NCBI GenBank assembly: GCA_002684855.1
Contig: NYWD01000037.1
Span: 1,671 to 65,670, forward strand
Source: Planctomycetaceae bacterium
Lineage (GTDB): Bacteria; Planctomycetota; Phycisphaerae; Phycisphaerales; SM1A02
Reading direction: 5' to 3'
Length of the DNA stretch: 64,000 nt
Part shown: in pieces, positions 35,576 through 45,353 of the stretch
How positions within the stretch are numbered: position 1 is the first letter of the stretch
How the letters are laid out: each line of letters opens with the position of its first letter
The notes under the pieces: generated by a model
Seen by the model: the letters and a program-made list of their open reading frames with translations, nothing else
What the model was told of the DNA's origin: nothing
The model's database searches: none
Made by a program: the position numbers and the translations under genes

Positions 35576-37036
35576 TCAAAGATCGGCCTCCACGATCTGG
35601 TCTTCCTTCCACTTCTTGAGCTTGAGCCCGAGGGTCCTGACCCCGATCCCCAGGGCCTTCGCCGATCGCTGCCGGTGGCCGTCGTGACGACGAAGGGTGG
35701 CGACGATGGTCTCGCGTTCGATGTCCGCGAGCGTGAGTTCACCGTCGCAGGCCAGCCACGCCTCGGCGGTCCCGGTCCCCCGCCCCCCCTGCTTGACCTC
35801 GGTGGTCGAGGAGGACAGACCGGCCTGCACGCCGCCGATCGCGGCGGAGGCGTCACCGCCGGCCGCGAGCCAGGGCGCGATCAGGGAACCGGAGATCTGG
35901 TCGGTGGTGGCGAGCACCGCCGCTCGTTCGCAGATGTTCTGGAGTTCACGAACGTTGCCGGGCCAGCCGTATCCCTCCAGCACCGCGACGGCGTTCCCGT
36001 CCAGGACCTTGGTGGAGCGGCCTTCCCGGGCGGCCACGCCGCGGAGGAAGTGCGCGGCCAGCGATTCGATGTCCTCGACCCGGTCCCGCAGCGCCGGCAT
36101 CTCGATGGGGAGCACGTTCAGCCTGAAGAACAGGTCCCCGCGGAACCGCCCCGCATCGACTTCGCTCGCGAGATCCCGATTGGTCGTCGCGACGAGGCGG
36201 ACGTCGACGGTCTGCGTCGTGCTCGAGCCCACTCGCTCGAAACTCCGCTCCTGCAGCACCCGAAGGAGCTTCGCCTGCAGTTCCGGCGGAATCTCGCTGA
36301 TCTCGTCGAGCAGCAGCGTGCCGCCGTCGGCCAGTTCGAACCGCCCCTTCCGAAGCCGGTCGGCACCGGTGAAGGCGCCCTTCTCGTGACCGAAGAGTTC
36401 GCTTTCGAGGAGGCTCGCCGAGAGGGCGGCGCAGTTGATGGCGAGGAAGGGCGCGTCCCGCCGGGGACTCGCCGCGTGGATCGCCCGGGCCGCGACCTCC
36501 TTGCCGGTCCCGCTCTCGCCGTTGATCAGCACGGTTCCGTGACTGTCGGCGATCTTGCCGAGCCGCTCCCGGACCTCGGTCATCGCCGCCCCCGCCCCGA
36601 CCATGTCGTCGGTCCCTCCCGCCGGAACCGACGGCTCGACGGCCGCCCGCAGGACCTGGTTCTCGGTGCGAAGCCGGCCGTGCTCGATCGCCCGATCGAC
36701 GGCGATCATCAGTTCGTCGCCGCTGAAGGGCTTGGTCACGTAGTCGAAGGCCCCTTCGCGCATGGCCTCGACCGCGGTCTCGATCGTCGCGTAGGCCGTC
36801 ATCAGGACCACCGGGAGATCCTCGTCGATCCGACGGATCGCGGCGAGCAGTTCGATCCCGCTCATTCCCGGCATCTGCAGGTCGGTCACGACCACCGCCG
36901 GCTTCTTCTCCGCGAGCTTGGCCAGGGCGGTCTCGCCGTCACCGGCGCCGATCACCGAGTGACCCTTCCTGCCCAGGATCGTCGCGACGCTGTCACGCAT
37001 CATTTCCTTGTCGTCGACTACGAGAATCTTCGCCAT
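35576..37036 (-). CDS. sigma-54-dependent response regulator (NtrC family; FlgR/FleR-like by context)
   Basis: Receiver domain ([15 protein letters not shown]...[12 protein letters not shown]). AAA+ sigma-54 activator domain ([30 protein letters not shown]). C-terminal Fis-type HTH ([19 protein letters not shown]). Confidence 0.9.
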   Translation of the reverse strand: MAKILVVDDKEMMRDSVATILGRKGHSVIGAGDGETALAKLAEKKPAVVVTDLQMPGMSGIELLAAIRRIDEDLPVVLMTAYATIETAVEAMREGAFDYVTKPFSGDELMIAVDRAIEHGRLRTENQVLRAAVEPSVPAGGTDDMVGAGAAMTEVRERLGKIADSHGTVLINGESGTGKEVAARAIHAASPRRDAPFLAINCAALSASLLESELFGHEKGAFTGADRLRKGRFELADGGTLLLDEISEIPPELQAKLLRVLQERSFERVGSSTTQTVDVRLVATTNRDLASEVDAGRFRGDLFFRLNVLPIEMPALRDRVEDIESLAAHFLRGVAAREGRSTKVLDGNAVAVLEGYGWPGNVRELQNICERAAVLATTDQISGSLIAPWLAAGGDASAAIGGVQAGLSSSTTEVKQGGRGTGTAEAWLACDGELTLADIERETIVATLRRHDGHRQRSAKALGIGVRTLGLKLKKWKEDQIVEADL

Positions 37037-37081
37037 CCATGGCCTCCATCGGGTATCGAGACCCGACTCGTTCCTGTGATC

Positions 37082-38071
37082 TCAGGCCGCGCCTCGGCCC
37101 GAGTTGTCCCTGACCCGTCGCCTCACGGCGCCTTCGAGGGACCGTCCGTCCTCATCCCCCGCCGTCGCCTCCTCGCCCGCGGCGACACCCGCGAGCGGCA
37201 GGGACAGACGCATGATCGTTCCCGGTTCGGCATCGACGACGTCGAGCCGACCCCCGTGGGCGTCGACGATTCGATGCACGATCGCCAGCCCCAGCCCGGT
37301 CCCTTCGGCCCGGGTCGTGAAGAACGGATTGAACATCCGCTCCCGCACCTCGCCCGGAATCCCCGGGCCGGTGTCGCGGATCTCGAACACGGCGTGGCGA
37401 ACCACGCCTCGCTCGGGATCCCGCAGTTCGCGTTGGTCGAGCGAGATCTCGAGCCGGCGCCGACCCTCGATGCCGGACATCGCCTCGCAGGCGTTTCGCA
37501 CGAGATTGAGCAGCGACTGCTCGAGGAGCGAGGCGTCCGCGACCAGCTCGAGGTCCTCGTCGATCGCGAGGTCGACGTCGATCCCGTGGGCGTCGACCAG
37601 ATCCTCGGCGTGGGCGACCGCCGAGACCACGATCCGACCGGGACGGATCGAATCCGATCGGACCTGCGTGTCCCGCGCGAACGAAAGGACGTCGCCCACG
37701 ATGAGATCGAGCCGCGAAACCGCGCGCGAGACTCGACCGCAGAGCTCGAGTTCGCCGGGACGATCCGCGAGATCCTCGGTGAGCACCTCCAGGTTGAGGG
37801 CGATCGCGCCGAGCGGATTGCGGATCTCGTGCGCGATGCCCGCCGCCATCTCCCCCAGTGCGGCGAGCTGCCGCGAGCGACGAAGCCGACGGTGGGTCTC
37901 GTCGAGTTCGATCTTCAGCGACGCGACCTCCTCGCGAAGCGACGCATGGGTCGCCTCCAGGCGACTGGTGACGTCGTTGAAGCTCTGCATCAGATCGGCG
38001 AAGTCGTTCGCGTCGATCGGCGAGGAGGACCGGGATCCGGCCGGGTCGGCATTGGTCTCGATGATGCTCAT
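37082..38071 (-). CDS. soluble histidine kinase with no recognisable sensor domain (FlgS-like by context)
   Basis: No TM helix. A coiled coil is followed by the H-box AAGIAHEIRNPLGAI and by HATPase_c motifs (LLNLVRNACEAM, DTGPGIP, GTGLGLAIV). The start codon abuts the stop of the upstream small ORF with a 0-nt gap. Confidence 0.85.
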   Translation of the reverse strand: MSIIETNADPAGSRSSSPIDANDFADLMQSFNDVTSRLEATHASLREEVASLKIELDETHRRLRRSRQLAALGEMAAGIAHEIRNPLGAIALNLEVLTEDLADRPGELELCGRVSRAVSRLDLIVGDVLSFARDTQVRSDSIRPGRIVVSAVAHAEDLVDAHGIDVDLAIDEDLELVADASLLEQSLLNLVRNACEAMSGIEGRRRLEISLDQRELRDPERGVVRHAVFEIRDTGPGIPGEVRERMFNPFFTTRAEGTGLGLAIVHRIVDAHGGRLDVVDAEPGTIMRLSLPLAGVAAGEEATAGDEDGRSLEGAVRRRVRDNSGRGAA

Positions 38072-38527
38072 TCAGGCCTGGTCCGCCAGATTCCGCCGGT
38101 TCCCCGCGGCTTCCCGGTCCCCCGACCGGTAGGCCCGACCCACTCGTCCCGCGAGCGTGATCTTCTCGAGTTCCTTCCGCGATCGCTCGCCCTCGACGTG
38201 CGTGAACTCCAGCGACGCCGCATCGAGCGCCTCGATCTCCGACGCGATGCGCTCCGCCTCGGCCAGCCGGCCGAGGATCGCCTCGTCGTCGCTGCCCGCG
38301 ACCTCGCGCGCCAACGCCTCGAAGCCCGCGGCGTCGTCGACGAGCGAATCCACGATCGAGGCGCGCTCCGCGAGCATCCGGTCGAGACCCCCGAAGTGCC
38401 TTCGCCGAATCGCTTCCGACTGGCGGGTCGCGAGGACGCGAACCGCCTCGAGCCGTTCGATCCGGGACTCGACGGCCGCGCGGACCCGGTCCTTCGCCTG
38501 GTTCACGCCGAGGTCCTCATGGTTCAT
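38072..38527 (-). CDS. small all-helical protein, possibly FlgN-like (hypothetical)
   Basis: The ATG at 38527 overlaps the stop of the TPR gene (ATGA). 151 aa, predicted coiled coil. The FlgN-like assignment is only a pattern impression. Confidence 0.5.
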   Translation of the reverse strand: MNHEDLGVNQAKDRVRAAVESRIERLEAVRVLATRQSEAIRRRHFGGLDRMLAERASIVDSLVDDAAGFEALAREVAGSDDEAILGRLAEAERIASEIEALDAASLEFTHVEGERSRKELEKITLAGRVGRAYRSGDREAAGNRRNLADQA

Positions 38528-41142
38528 CCCGCACCTCCGCCACCACCCGGCGGAAAGAGGCGGAGCCATCGATCGAGCGATGCGCTTCCCCCGCCGACGA
38601 ACAGGTCCGGACCGTGCCCTTCGATCCCGTCTTCGACGGAGAGGCCGGTGCGCCGACGCTGCTCGATTCGCTGCAGCTTGATCCGGGCGCGACGGGTCGC
38701 CTTGTTCGCCATCGCTTCGTCGCCGATCCGGGAAGCGAGGTTCGCGAGCGAGACCAGCGCCTCGACCGCCACCGGTTCCTCCGCGAATCGCTGCTCGACC
38801 TCGCGATAGACGGCGATCGCCGCGTCGCTCTCTCCGAGTCGCTCCCGGACGGTCCCTCGTTGCAGGCCCGCCACCCGGAGGAGGTGCCGCTGCAGCGGCG
38901 AGAGCAACGGCGGATCCACCCCGTCGAGCCGGGCCACCACGCCTTCGAATCGATCGAGCGCCTGCACCAGCGAGGACCGACGGGCGATCTCGAGCTCGGC
39001 GCGGTACCCGGGGGAGATCGGGGAATGCTCGAGATCCTCCGTCGAATCGTCATCGAGCTGCGTGGCCAGCATCTCGGCCCGGTTCAACCATCCCACCCCG
39101 GCGAGGGCCGACGCCTCTCCCCAGCGGTCGTCGTCCGGGTAGCGGTCCAACCAGGGCTCGAGGCTCTCGACGGCCTCGAGCCAGCGTTCCTGCCCGATGA
39201 GCAAACGGCCGAGATGGAAGGTCGCGTCCCGATAGTCGACCGAGCGAGGGTCGACTTCGCGGCCCTCGAGGAAGTCGCGCAGAAGACGCTCGGCCTCGAG
39301 CGAACCGCCGCTGCCCGGGGAAACCAGCAGGGCGCGGGCGAGCCCGACCTTCGCACGCGTCCAGTACCCGGACTTCTCGTCCGGGTTCGCTTCGCCCTCC
39401 TCGAGGAGACGCCGGTACCAGACCGCCGCCTCGTCGAACCGCATCATTCCGTGGAGTCCGAGCGCGATTCGATACATCGCCTCGGGCCGGTTCTGGTGAT
39501 CCGCCTCGCCGTCCACGAACCGCTCGTAGAGAGCGAGCGCCTTCCGCGGCCGACCGGCGGTGTCGTACAGCTCCGCGGCCTGCCAGAGCAGGTCGCTTCG
39601 ATAGGTCTTCGACGGCGTGAGCAGGTCGATCTCGAGCACCGCCTCCGCCGCCGCGACGAGATGACGGTTCGCCTCGATCCGGGCGGCGACCGGGATCGCC
39701 TCGTAGGGCACCTCGCGGAGATCGACCCCGTCGAACGCGGGTCCCACCGCCAGTTCGACGGCCCGACGATGGGTGTCGGCGACCGTGGCGAGGGCCTGCA
39801 TCCGCGTGGTCGGATCGCCGCCGAAGCGGACCGCGAAGCGAGCGAGATCCCGTGCGACCGAGACGACCTCCGCCTCGGACGCCCGATCCACCACGACCCG
39901 GGCGTGCCGCATCATTCGATCCGACGACCGCACCGCGGCGAGCACCGGCTCCGCCAGCGCCGAGGCGGGGAACGACGGATTCCCGCGGATGATGACCGCC
40001 GCATCGTCGAACTCCCGCATCGCCGCATCCGGATCACCGACGATCGCCGCGAGCTCACCGAGCCCGATCCGCGCCGCGAGACGCTGGCGAGCCGTCACCT
40101 GCGGGACGGAGGCGACGCCTGCGAACCGAAGCTTCGCCGCATCGAATTCACCGCGAGCGAGATGGAGACGGCCGAGGGCGACCATCGCCTCCGCGACCAC
40201 CGTGGAGGTCGCTCCGAGGCGATCGATCACGAATTCGTAGCGTTCCGCGGCCGGCACCGGGCGACCGGCGGCGAGGTAGGCGTGGCCGAGCAGCACGTGG
40301 AGCTCCGCCCAGTCCACCACGACCCCGGGCGACCGCTCGGACGCGCCTTCAAGGCGCTGCATGTCCACGATCATCGCCGGAATGAGTCCCGCGAGGTCAC
40401 CTTCACGGATCCGAAGCCGCGCCCTGAATCCGACCGCCCAGGACTCGATCGCGAGCCCCGGATCCTCGTCGAGCAGGGCGTTGACGGAGTTCGCGAGCTC
40501 GACGGGCTCGACGCCCGCCTCGAGATCCTCGAGCAGGGCCCGCTGCATCAGGCCATGCCGCCTCGCGCGGGCGTCGGTCGCGATTCCCTGATCCCGCGCA
40601 TCGAGCAGGCCGCCGAAGCGGGTGACCGCATCGGCGTGTCGCCCCGCGTTGGCCTCGGAGACGGCGAGATGCCGACGTTGCAGCTCCGAGAGCGTGGCGT
40701 CCGCGGAGACGGCGGCGAGATAGGCATCGGCGATCCGGGACGCGACGTCGGGCCCCGCGGATTCGAGCGGAGCGTGCCGTTCGGCGAGGCAATCGGCGAG
40801 CAGGAGCCGGTACTCGGATCGATGCGGCTCGAACGCCTCATGGTCCGGATCGAGTTCCGCGAGGATCGCAGAAGCGCCCTCCGCATCGCCTCGCTCCAGG
40901 AGCGAAGCCGCGAATCGGAGCCGGGGACTCGGATCGAACTCCGCGGCCTGGATGTTGGAGCGATGCCAGAATGCGGCCAGGATCGCGAGCAGCGACATGG
41001 CGATGAGCGGGAACTGCCAGGAACGCCCCCGGGAGTGACGGCGTTCCGAACCCGGTTCAACCGGCGCGGAATCCGCCGACGCAGGTTCGGCCGACGCACC
41101 GCTGGCCTCGGGGGCCGTTGATTCTGGACGATCGTCCGTCAC
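38524..41142 (-). CDS. single-pass membrane protein with a very large TPR-repeat domain
   Basis: GTG start. RRHSRGRSW is followed by the TM segment QFPLIAMSLLAILAAFW, then about 800 aa of TPR-like helical repeats. Confidence 0.7.
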   Translation of the reverse strand: MTDDRPESTAPEASGASAEPASADSAPVEPGSERRHSRGRSWQFPLIAMSLLAILAAFWHRSNIQAAEFDPSPRLRFAASLLERGDAEGASAILAELDPDHEAFEPHRSEYRLLLADCLAERHAPLESAGPDVASRIADAYLAAVSADATLSELQRRHLAVSEANAGRHADAVTRFGGLLDARDQGIATDARARRHGLMQRALLEDLEAGVEPVELANSVNALLDEDPGLAIESWAVGFRARLRIREGDLAGLIPAMIVDMQRLEGASERSPGVVVDWAELHVLLGHAYLAAGRPVPAAERYEFVIDRLGATSTVVAEAMVALGRLHLARGEFDAAKLRFAGVASVPQVTARQRLAARIGLGELAAIVGDPDAAMREFDDAAVIIRGNPSFPASALAEPVLAAVRSSDRMMRHARVVVDRASEAEVVSVARDLARFAVRFGGDPTTRMQALATVADTHRRAVELAVGPAFDGVDLREVPYEAIPVAARIEANRHLVAAAEAVLEIDLLTPSKTYRSDLLWQAAELYDTAGRPRKALALYERFVDGEADHQNRPEAMYRIALGLHGMMRFDEAAVWYRRLLEEGEANPDEKSGYWTRAKVGLARALLVSPGSGGSLEAERLLRDFLEGREVDPRSVDYRDATFHLGRLLIGQERWLEAVESLEPWLDRYPDDDRWGEASALAGVGWLNRAEMLATQLDDDSTEDLEHSPISPGYRAELEIARRSSLVQALDRFEGVVARLDGVDPPLLSPLQRHLLRVAGLQRGTVRERLGESDAAIAVYREVEQRFAEEPVAVEALVSLANLASRIGDEAMANKATRRARIKLQRIEQRRRTGLSVEDGIEGHGPDLFVGGGSASLDRWLRLFPPGGGGGAG

Positions 41143-41307
41143 GAGATCCTCTCATTCCGCACCCGGAAACCCGCATGCGGGGATCCGAGGCGCGACGATC
41201 CACGGCGACTCCATTCGCCGATTGCAGTCTTCATCGGCTGCAGGGTCGAGAATCCTCCAAAGCTGCCGATTATTCGCGCATCGAGTGCGCTTCTCGAGAA
41301 AGCCCCG

Positions 41308-42975
41308 TCAATCCGAGCTGGATGGGCCGGAATCGGGGTCCGAGGCCGCCGGATCGACCCCCGCTCGCGTCGTGACGCAGGTCCGACTGAGGAGCTCCGG
41401 CATCCCCCGCCCGAGCGGATCGATCACCACCAGCAGGGCGAGGGGGGGCAGCAGCAGCACGATCAGCTTCAGGATCGCTCGAAGCCCTCGTTGCACCATG
41501 GTGCCGCCCGTGCCGTCGATCGAGGAGACCCGCCCGCCGACGATCGCCTTTCCGGCGGATCGACCGAAGAACATCTCCCCGATCCCCGCGATCACCGCGG
41601 TCACCACGATGGCGAACACCGCAGGCGCCGCGGTCTCGGGGTCGCCCGACCGGAACCCCTCCAGGAACTCCGACGGATCGAGGTCGAAGGTGACGATCGC
41701 GACCATCGCGCCGGGCACGAGGTCGATGCAGAGCGCCGCGATTCGGCGTGTGAGCGACATCGGTCGCAGCCCCGCGACCGGTTCCCGGGGCGCCGATCGC
41801 TCGATCCACGGTCGGAGCAGCAGTGCCGCCATCAGCGCGGAGATCATGGCGATCCCCGTCAACGGGAAATGAATGAGGGAGAACTCGCCGGTCTCGTCGA
41901 CCGGCCGGACCGGCTCCCCGGTCGAGCCGCCGAGTGGATCGACCACCGTGATGCGCAGTCCCTCCTCGTCGGCATCGATCACCCACGGGCCCATGGCGAC
42001 GCCGACCACCGTGGCCCGCGGCCCCGCCACCGCCGGCTCGATCGCGCCGAGCCGCAGCAGGGAGACGCTGCCGTCGCCGTCGCCGGGCCGAACGTAGTCG
42101 AGGAGGATCCGACCGGATTCCACGCGATTCGCGAGGAGGGTTCCGCCCTCGGACTCGACGACGGCAAGCGGTCGCGCCGCCGCGTCGAGCGGGAGCGCCA
42201 TGGAACTCCAGGCGTTCTCCATCCAGGTCGAGAGGCGTGCGTCACCATCCTCCGCCCGCCACGCGAGCGCCGGGCGAGCCCCCTCCCGGGTGCCACCCAC
42301 ACCGAGGGCCGCGTCCCGGACCGCCAGGAATCCCGCCGGCGGCGGCTCGATCGACCAGCGCCAGCGATTCGTCTCGCCGATCACGAACGTGCTCCCGGCG
42401 TCGAGGTCGACCTCGGATTCGGCACCGTCGTCCGCCGCCGACGCGTCGATCGAGCCGGTCGCGTCGCCCCGATCGCGTTCGATCCCTCGTGCCGCACGCT
42501 GCGAGGGCCGCATCACCGCGACCGGACCTTCCGCATCCCCGACCATCCCGATCAGCACCGGCTCCCGGGGCAGCACGGGAAGCACCTCGAATCGGCCCAC
42601 CGGTTCCGCGTACCAGAGACCGGTCGCGGGATTCCGCACCACCTTGAAGGAGATCACCTCGCGATGGGGATTGTCGGCGTCGAGGGGGGGCAGGACCACC
42701 CAGCAACGGTCACCGGTCGCGGCGATCGCCTCCGGTCGTCGGGGGACTCGGGCGACGATCCGTCCCGCACCGGGTCCGGACTCGCCATCGAGATGCATGA
42801 TCTCGAAGCCGGTCGTGACGTCGCCACCATCCATCGACACGAAGACGTGGCGACCGCCGGAGGCGGCGAGCACGGGTCGCGGTTCGTCCGAGGCGTCCGC
42901 CGTCCCGGGCCCCAGCAGGCCCGCGACGAGGATCGCGACGAACCGCATCGACTTCATCCGAGCCAGACGTGCCAT
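41308..42975 (-). CDS. secreted-domain plus C-terminal RDD-family membrane-domain protein
   Basis: Signal peptide MRFVAILVAGLLGPGTADA, an unassigned domain of about 370 aa, then RRIAALCIDLVPG...FGRSAGKAIVGGRV, an RDD-type TM domain. Confidence 0.65.
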   Translation of the reverse strand: MARLARMKSMRFVAILVAGLLGPGTADASDEPRPVLAASGGRHVFVSMDGGDVTTGFEIMHLDGESGPGAGRIVARVPRRPEAIAATGDRCWVVLPPLDADNPHREVISFKVVRNPATGLWYAEPVGRFEVLPVLPREPVLIGMVGDAEGPVAVMRPSQRAARGIERDRGDATGSIDASAADDGAESEVDLDAGSTFVIGETNRWRWSIEPPPAGFLAVRDAALGVGGTREGARPALAWRAEDGDARLSTWMENAWSSMALPLDAAARPLAVVESEGGTLLANRVESGRILLDYVRPGDGDGSVSLLRLGAIEPAVAGPRATVVGVAMGPWVIDADEEGLRITVVDPLGGSTGEPVRPVDETGEFSLIHFPLTGIAMISALMAALLLRPWIERSAPREPVAGLRPMSLTRRIAALCIDLVPGAMVAIVTFDLDPSEFLEGFRSGDPETAAPAVFAIVVTAVIAGIGEMFFGRSAGKAIVGGRVSSIDGTGGTMVQRGLRAILKLIVLLLPPLALLVVIDPLGRGMPELLSRTCVTTRAGVDPAASDPDSGPSSSD

Positions 42976-43877
42976 CAGTCGACGCCTCCCGGAGTCCGGT
43001 CCTCGATGATCGCCGGCTCGGACCGGCGAATCTGCGCCTCCAGATCGAAGAGCCGGTCACTCACCCGACCGTTGGCGACGGGTGCGTCGAAGGACATCAC
43101 GACCCGGTCGCCGGCGTCCCGACGGACCTCGACGCGATGCGGGAGGAGCGGCCAGGCGCCCGGGGCGGATCCCAGGGTGTCGACGGTGTCGAACCGCGAC
43201 AGCATCGATCGCGCGATCTCCCCGCCGTCGTCATCGAGCAGCCGGATCGACGAAGGACCCGCTTCCGGCGATCCCACCTCGATCTCGAGTGCGCCTCGGA
43301 GCGGGAGCGTCGCCGCACCACCACCCCAGTCGATCGATCGCGTCGAGAACCGGCAGCCATCCTCGAACAGCACGAGATCCGACGGCATCTTCTCCGGGAA
43401 CCGCAGCAGTCCGAGCATCGCGAAGAGCGTCGGAGGCGAGATGATCGCGGCGTCCCCGGCATCGACGCCCGGCGCCTCGACCGGCCGGATTCGAAGCACG
43501 ACCTCGTCCTCGCGCTCGTCGAACATCCACCACCGCGGTCCGTTCCACGCCGCGGTCATGAACGCGGCACCCAGCTTGGAGACCCGAATCGCCGCACGCG
43601 ACGGTCCCGATCTCCAGATCCGGTGATCGGCCTGCTCGCGGTCGACGTCCTCACCGTTCGCGAGGGTGATGGTCAGGGTGCCCGCCGACGAAAACCGGTC
43701 GAGCCGCTGGAGCCGGAGGTTCTGGAGATCCCGGATGGAGGTCCACGAAGCCGGATCGCCGGGGCGGCCGGGCCCGCGATCCTCCTCCTTCACGGCGACC
43801 GGCCGACAGCCGGCGGACCCGAGGGCGACCGTCGCGGCAAGCACCGCCCCCGTCCATGCTCCGCCTCGCTTCACCAT
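42975..43877 (-). CDS. lipoprotein, possibly with a LolA/LolB-like fold (hypothetical)
   Basis: ATG at 43877. Lipobox VALGSAGC. The stop overlaps the next start (TGATG). Confidence 0.55.
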   Translation of the reverse strand: MVKRGGAWTGAVLAATVALGSAGCRPVAVKEEDRGPGRPGDPASWTSIRDLQNLRLQRLDRFSSAGTLTITLANGEDVDREQADHRIWRSGPSRAAIRVSKLGAAFMTAAWNGPRWWMFDEREDEVVLRIRPVEAPGVDAGDAAIISPPTLFAMLGLLRFPEKMPSDLVLFEDGCRFSTRSIDWGGGAATLPLRGALEIEVGSPEAGPSSIRLLDDDGGEIARSMLSRFDTVDTLGSAPGAWPLLPHRVEVRRDAGDRVVMSFDAPVANGRVSDRLFDLEAQIRRSEPAIIEDRTPGGVD

Positions 43878-43884
43878 GCAGGCC

Positions 43885-44442
43885 TCACCCCTCGTCCGCG
43901 AGGATGGTCGACAACTGTTCGGCGATGGCGTCCGCGTCCTCGTCGGAAAGTCGCGGATCGCGCACCGACCACAGCGGCGCGTCATCTCCGCCACCGACCC
44001 GCTTCAGCACCCAGACGTCGTCGTCACCGGATCGTGTTCGATCGACCAGGCGGATCTTGCGACGACGGAGCAGGATCAGCCCGAGGACGAAGCGGAACGC
44101 GCGACGACCGGGATCCGTCTCCTCCTCCGCGACCAGTCGCTCGAAGAGATCGACGAGGGTCTCGTCATCGACGAACATCTGCCTTTTGGAGCCGGGATCG
44201 GGGATCTCGGTCCGCCACCAGCAGAGAAGCCGATCGCCGAGACGACGGGCCGCGTCGCCGGCCTCCCACGCCGCGGGATCGAAATCGAGCCGTTCGAGCA
44301 CGGGGCGGTCCGGGCGCGTCTCCGTCGCGAGCGGCCTCGTGAGGGCGGCGATGCAAGGCGTCCCCACCGGAAGCTCCGCTTCCGTCTCGGCGCAGCGTCC
44401 CGTGGACCGACCGATCACCAGACCCTTCAGCATCGTGGACAT
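43885..44442 (-). CDS. hypothetical protein (185 aa)
   Basis: Codon bias looks coding-like. It lies 7 nt upstream of the lipoprotein gene. I recognise no family (contains RFVLGLILLRRRKIRLV). Confidence 0.55.
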   Translation of the reverse strand: MSTMLKGLVIGRSTGRCAETEAELPVGTPCIAALTRPLATETRPDRPVLERLDFDPAAWEAGDAARRLGDRLLCWWRTEIPDPGSKRQMFVDDETLVDLFERLVAEEETDPGRRAFRFVLGLILLRRRKIRLVDRTRSGDDDVWVLKRVGGGDDAPLWSVRDPRLSDEDADAIAEQLSTILADEG

Positions 44443-44448
44443 GCCCCC

Positions 44449-44454
44449 ATCGTA
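44449..44454 (-). promoter_or_regulatory. -10-like hexamer TACGAT, 6 nt upstream of the ATG at 44442
   Basis: Minus strand reads TACGAT-gggggc-ATG. Confidence 0.3.
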
Positions 44455-44498
44455 GCCGAGCCGGGCCGGTTCCGAACGGCTCCCCGCTCAGGCTTCGA

Positions 44499-44504
44499 TA
44501 TACT
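44499..44504 (+). promoter_or_regulatory. -10-like hexamer TATACT, 11 nt upstream of the cdaA ATG
   Basis: Reads TATACT-cgaccccgagc-ATG, within a divergent 73-nt intergenic region. Confidence 0.3.
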
Positions 44505-44515
44505 CGACCCCGAGC

Positions 44516-45352
44516 ATGGACAGCCTTCGACTTCCCGCCTTCTTCGACGTTTTCCGAGGTTACGAGCCCATCGAGCTCGTCGTCGAGTTGTCGATCATCT
44601 GGCTCGTCGTCTGGATGATCCTGCGTTTCCTGCGTCGTTCGAGCGGAGCCGGCGTCATTCGCGGCTTCGCGGTGCTCGTCGTGGTGGTCGCGATCCTGCT
44701 CCGCCTCACCGGCGATGCGAGCGACACGCTCGGCCGGGTCCGGTTCCTCGGCGACCGCGTCGTCGGGCTGGTGGCGATCATGCTGGTCGTGGTCTTCCAG
44801 CCGGAACTCCGGCAGGCGATGATCACGCTCGGTCGGGCCAAGATCTTCGGGCGGAGCCCCGCCGCGCGGGATCGCGTCGTGACCGCCGTCACCGAGGCCG
44901 TCGACTTCCTCGCGAAGAGCCAGTTCGGCGCGATCATCGTCTTCGAACGGACCCTCGGACTCGAGTCCCTGCTTCGGAACTCCGTGCCGATCGACGCCCT
45001 CGTCGACCCCCGGCTCGTCCAGTCGATCTTCTATCCGAACAATCCGCTCCACGACCTCGCGGTCGTGATCCGGGGCGATCGAATCGCGGCCGCCAAGGTG
45101 CAGCTGCCGCTGGCCCCCTCCGGCATGGTCCCGAGCCAGCTGGGGAGCCGTCATCGCGCGGCGGTCGGCGTGACGCTCGATTCCGACTGCCTCGTCGTGG
45201 TGGTCAGCGAGGAGAACGGGCGGGTCCGGATCGCGGAGGACGGCGTGCTCTCGCCGCCCATCGCCCGGGAACGGTTCGCGGAGGAGTTCACCCGACGTTT
45301 CGCCGCGGAACCCGCCCCACCGTCTCCCGGCAGCGCCGAGGAGACCGCCTGA
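44516..45352 (+). CDS. cdaA: diadenylate cyclase CdaA (c-di-AMP synthase)
   Basis: Three N-terminal TM helices. DAC-domain motifs GAIIVFER, NPLHDLAVVI, GSRHRAAVG and VVVSEENGRV. Confidence 0.88.
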   Translation: MDSLRLPAFFDVFRGYEPIELVVELSIIWLVVWMILRFLRRSSGAGVIRGFAVLVVVVAILLRLTGDASDTLGRVRFLGDRVVGLVAIMLVVVFQPELRQAMITLGRAKIFGRSPAARDRVVTAVTEAVDFLAKSQFGAIIVFERTLGLESLLRNSVPIDALVDPRLVQSIFYPNNPLHDLAVVIRGDRIAAAKVQLPLAPSGMVPSQLGSRHRAAVGVTLDSDCLVVVVSEENGRVRIAEDGVLSPPIARERFAEEFTRRFAAEPAPPSPGSAEETA

Positions 45353-45353
45353 C

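Noticed and set aside
41170-41181. A recurring palindrome core CGCATGCG: CCCGCATGCGGG at 41170, CCTCGCATGCGAGG at 57255 next to the tRNA, and TCGCATGCGA at 52272 over the ggt start.
   Set aside because: A rough base-composition estimate predicts about 2-3 chance occurrences of this 8-mer in 64 kb. The positions relative to genes are also inconsistent.
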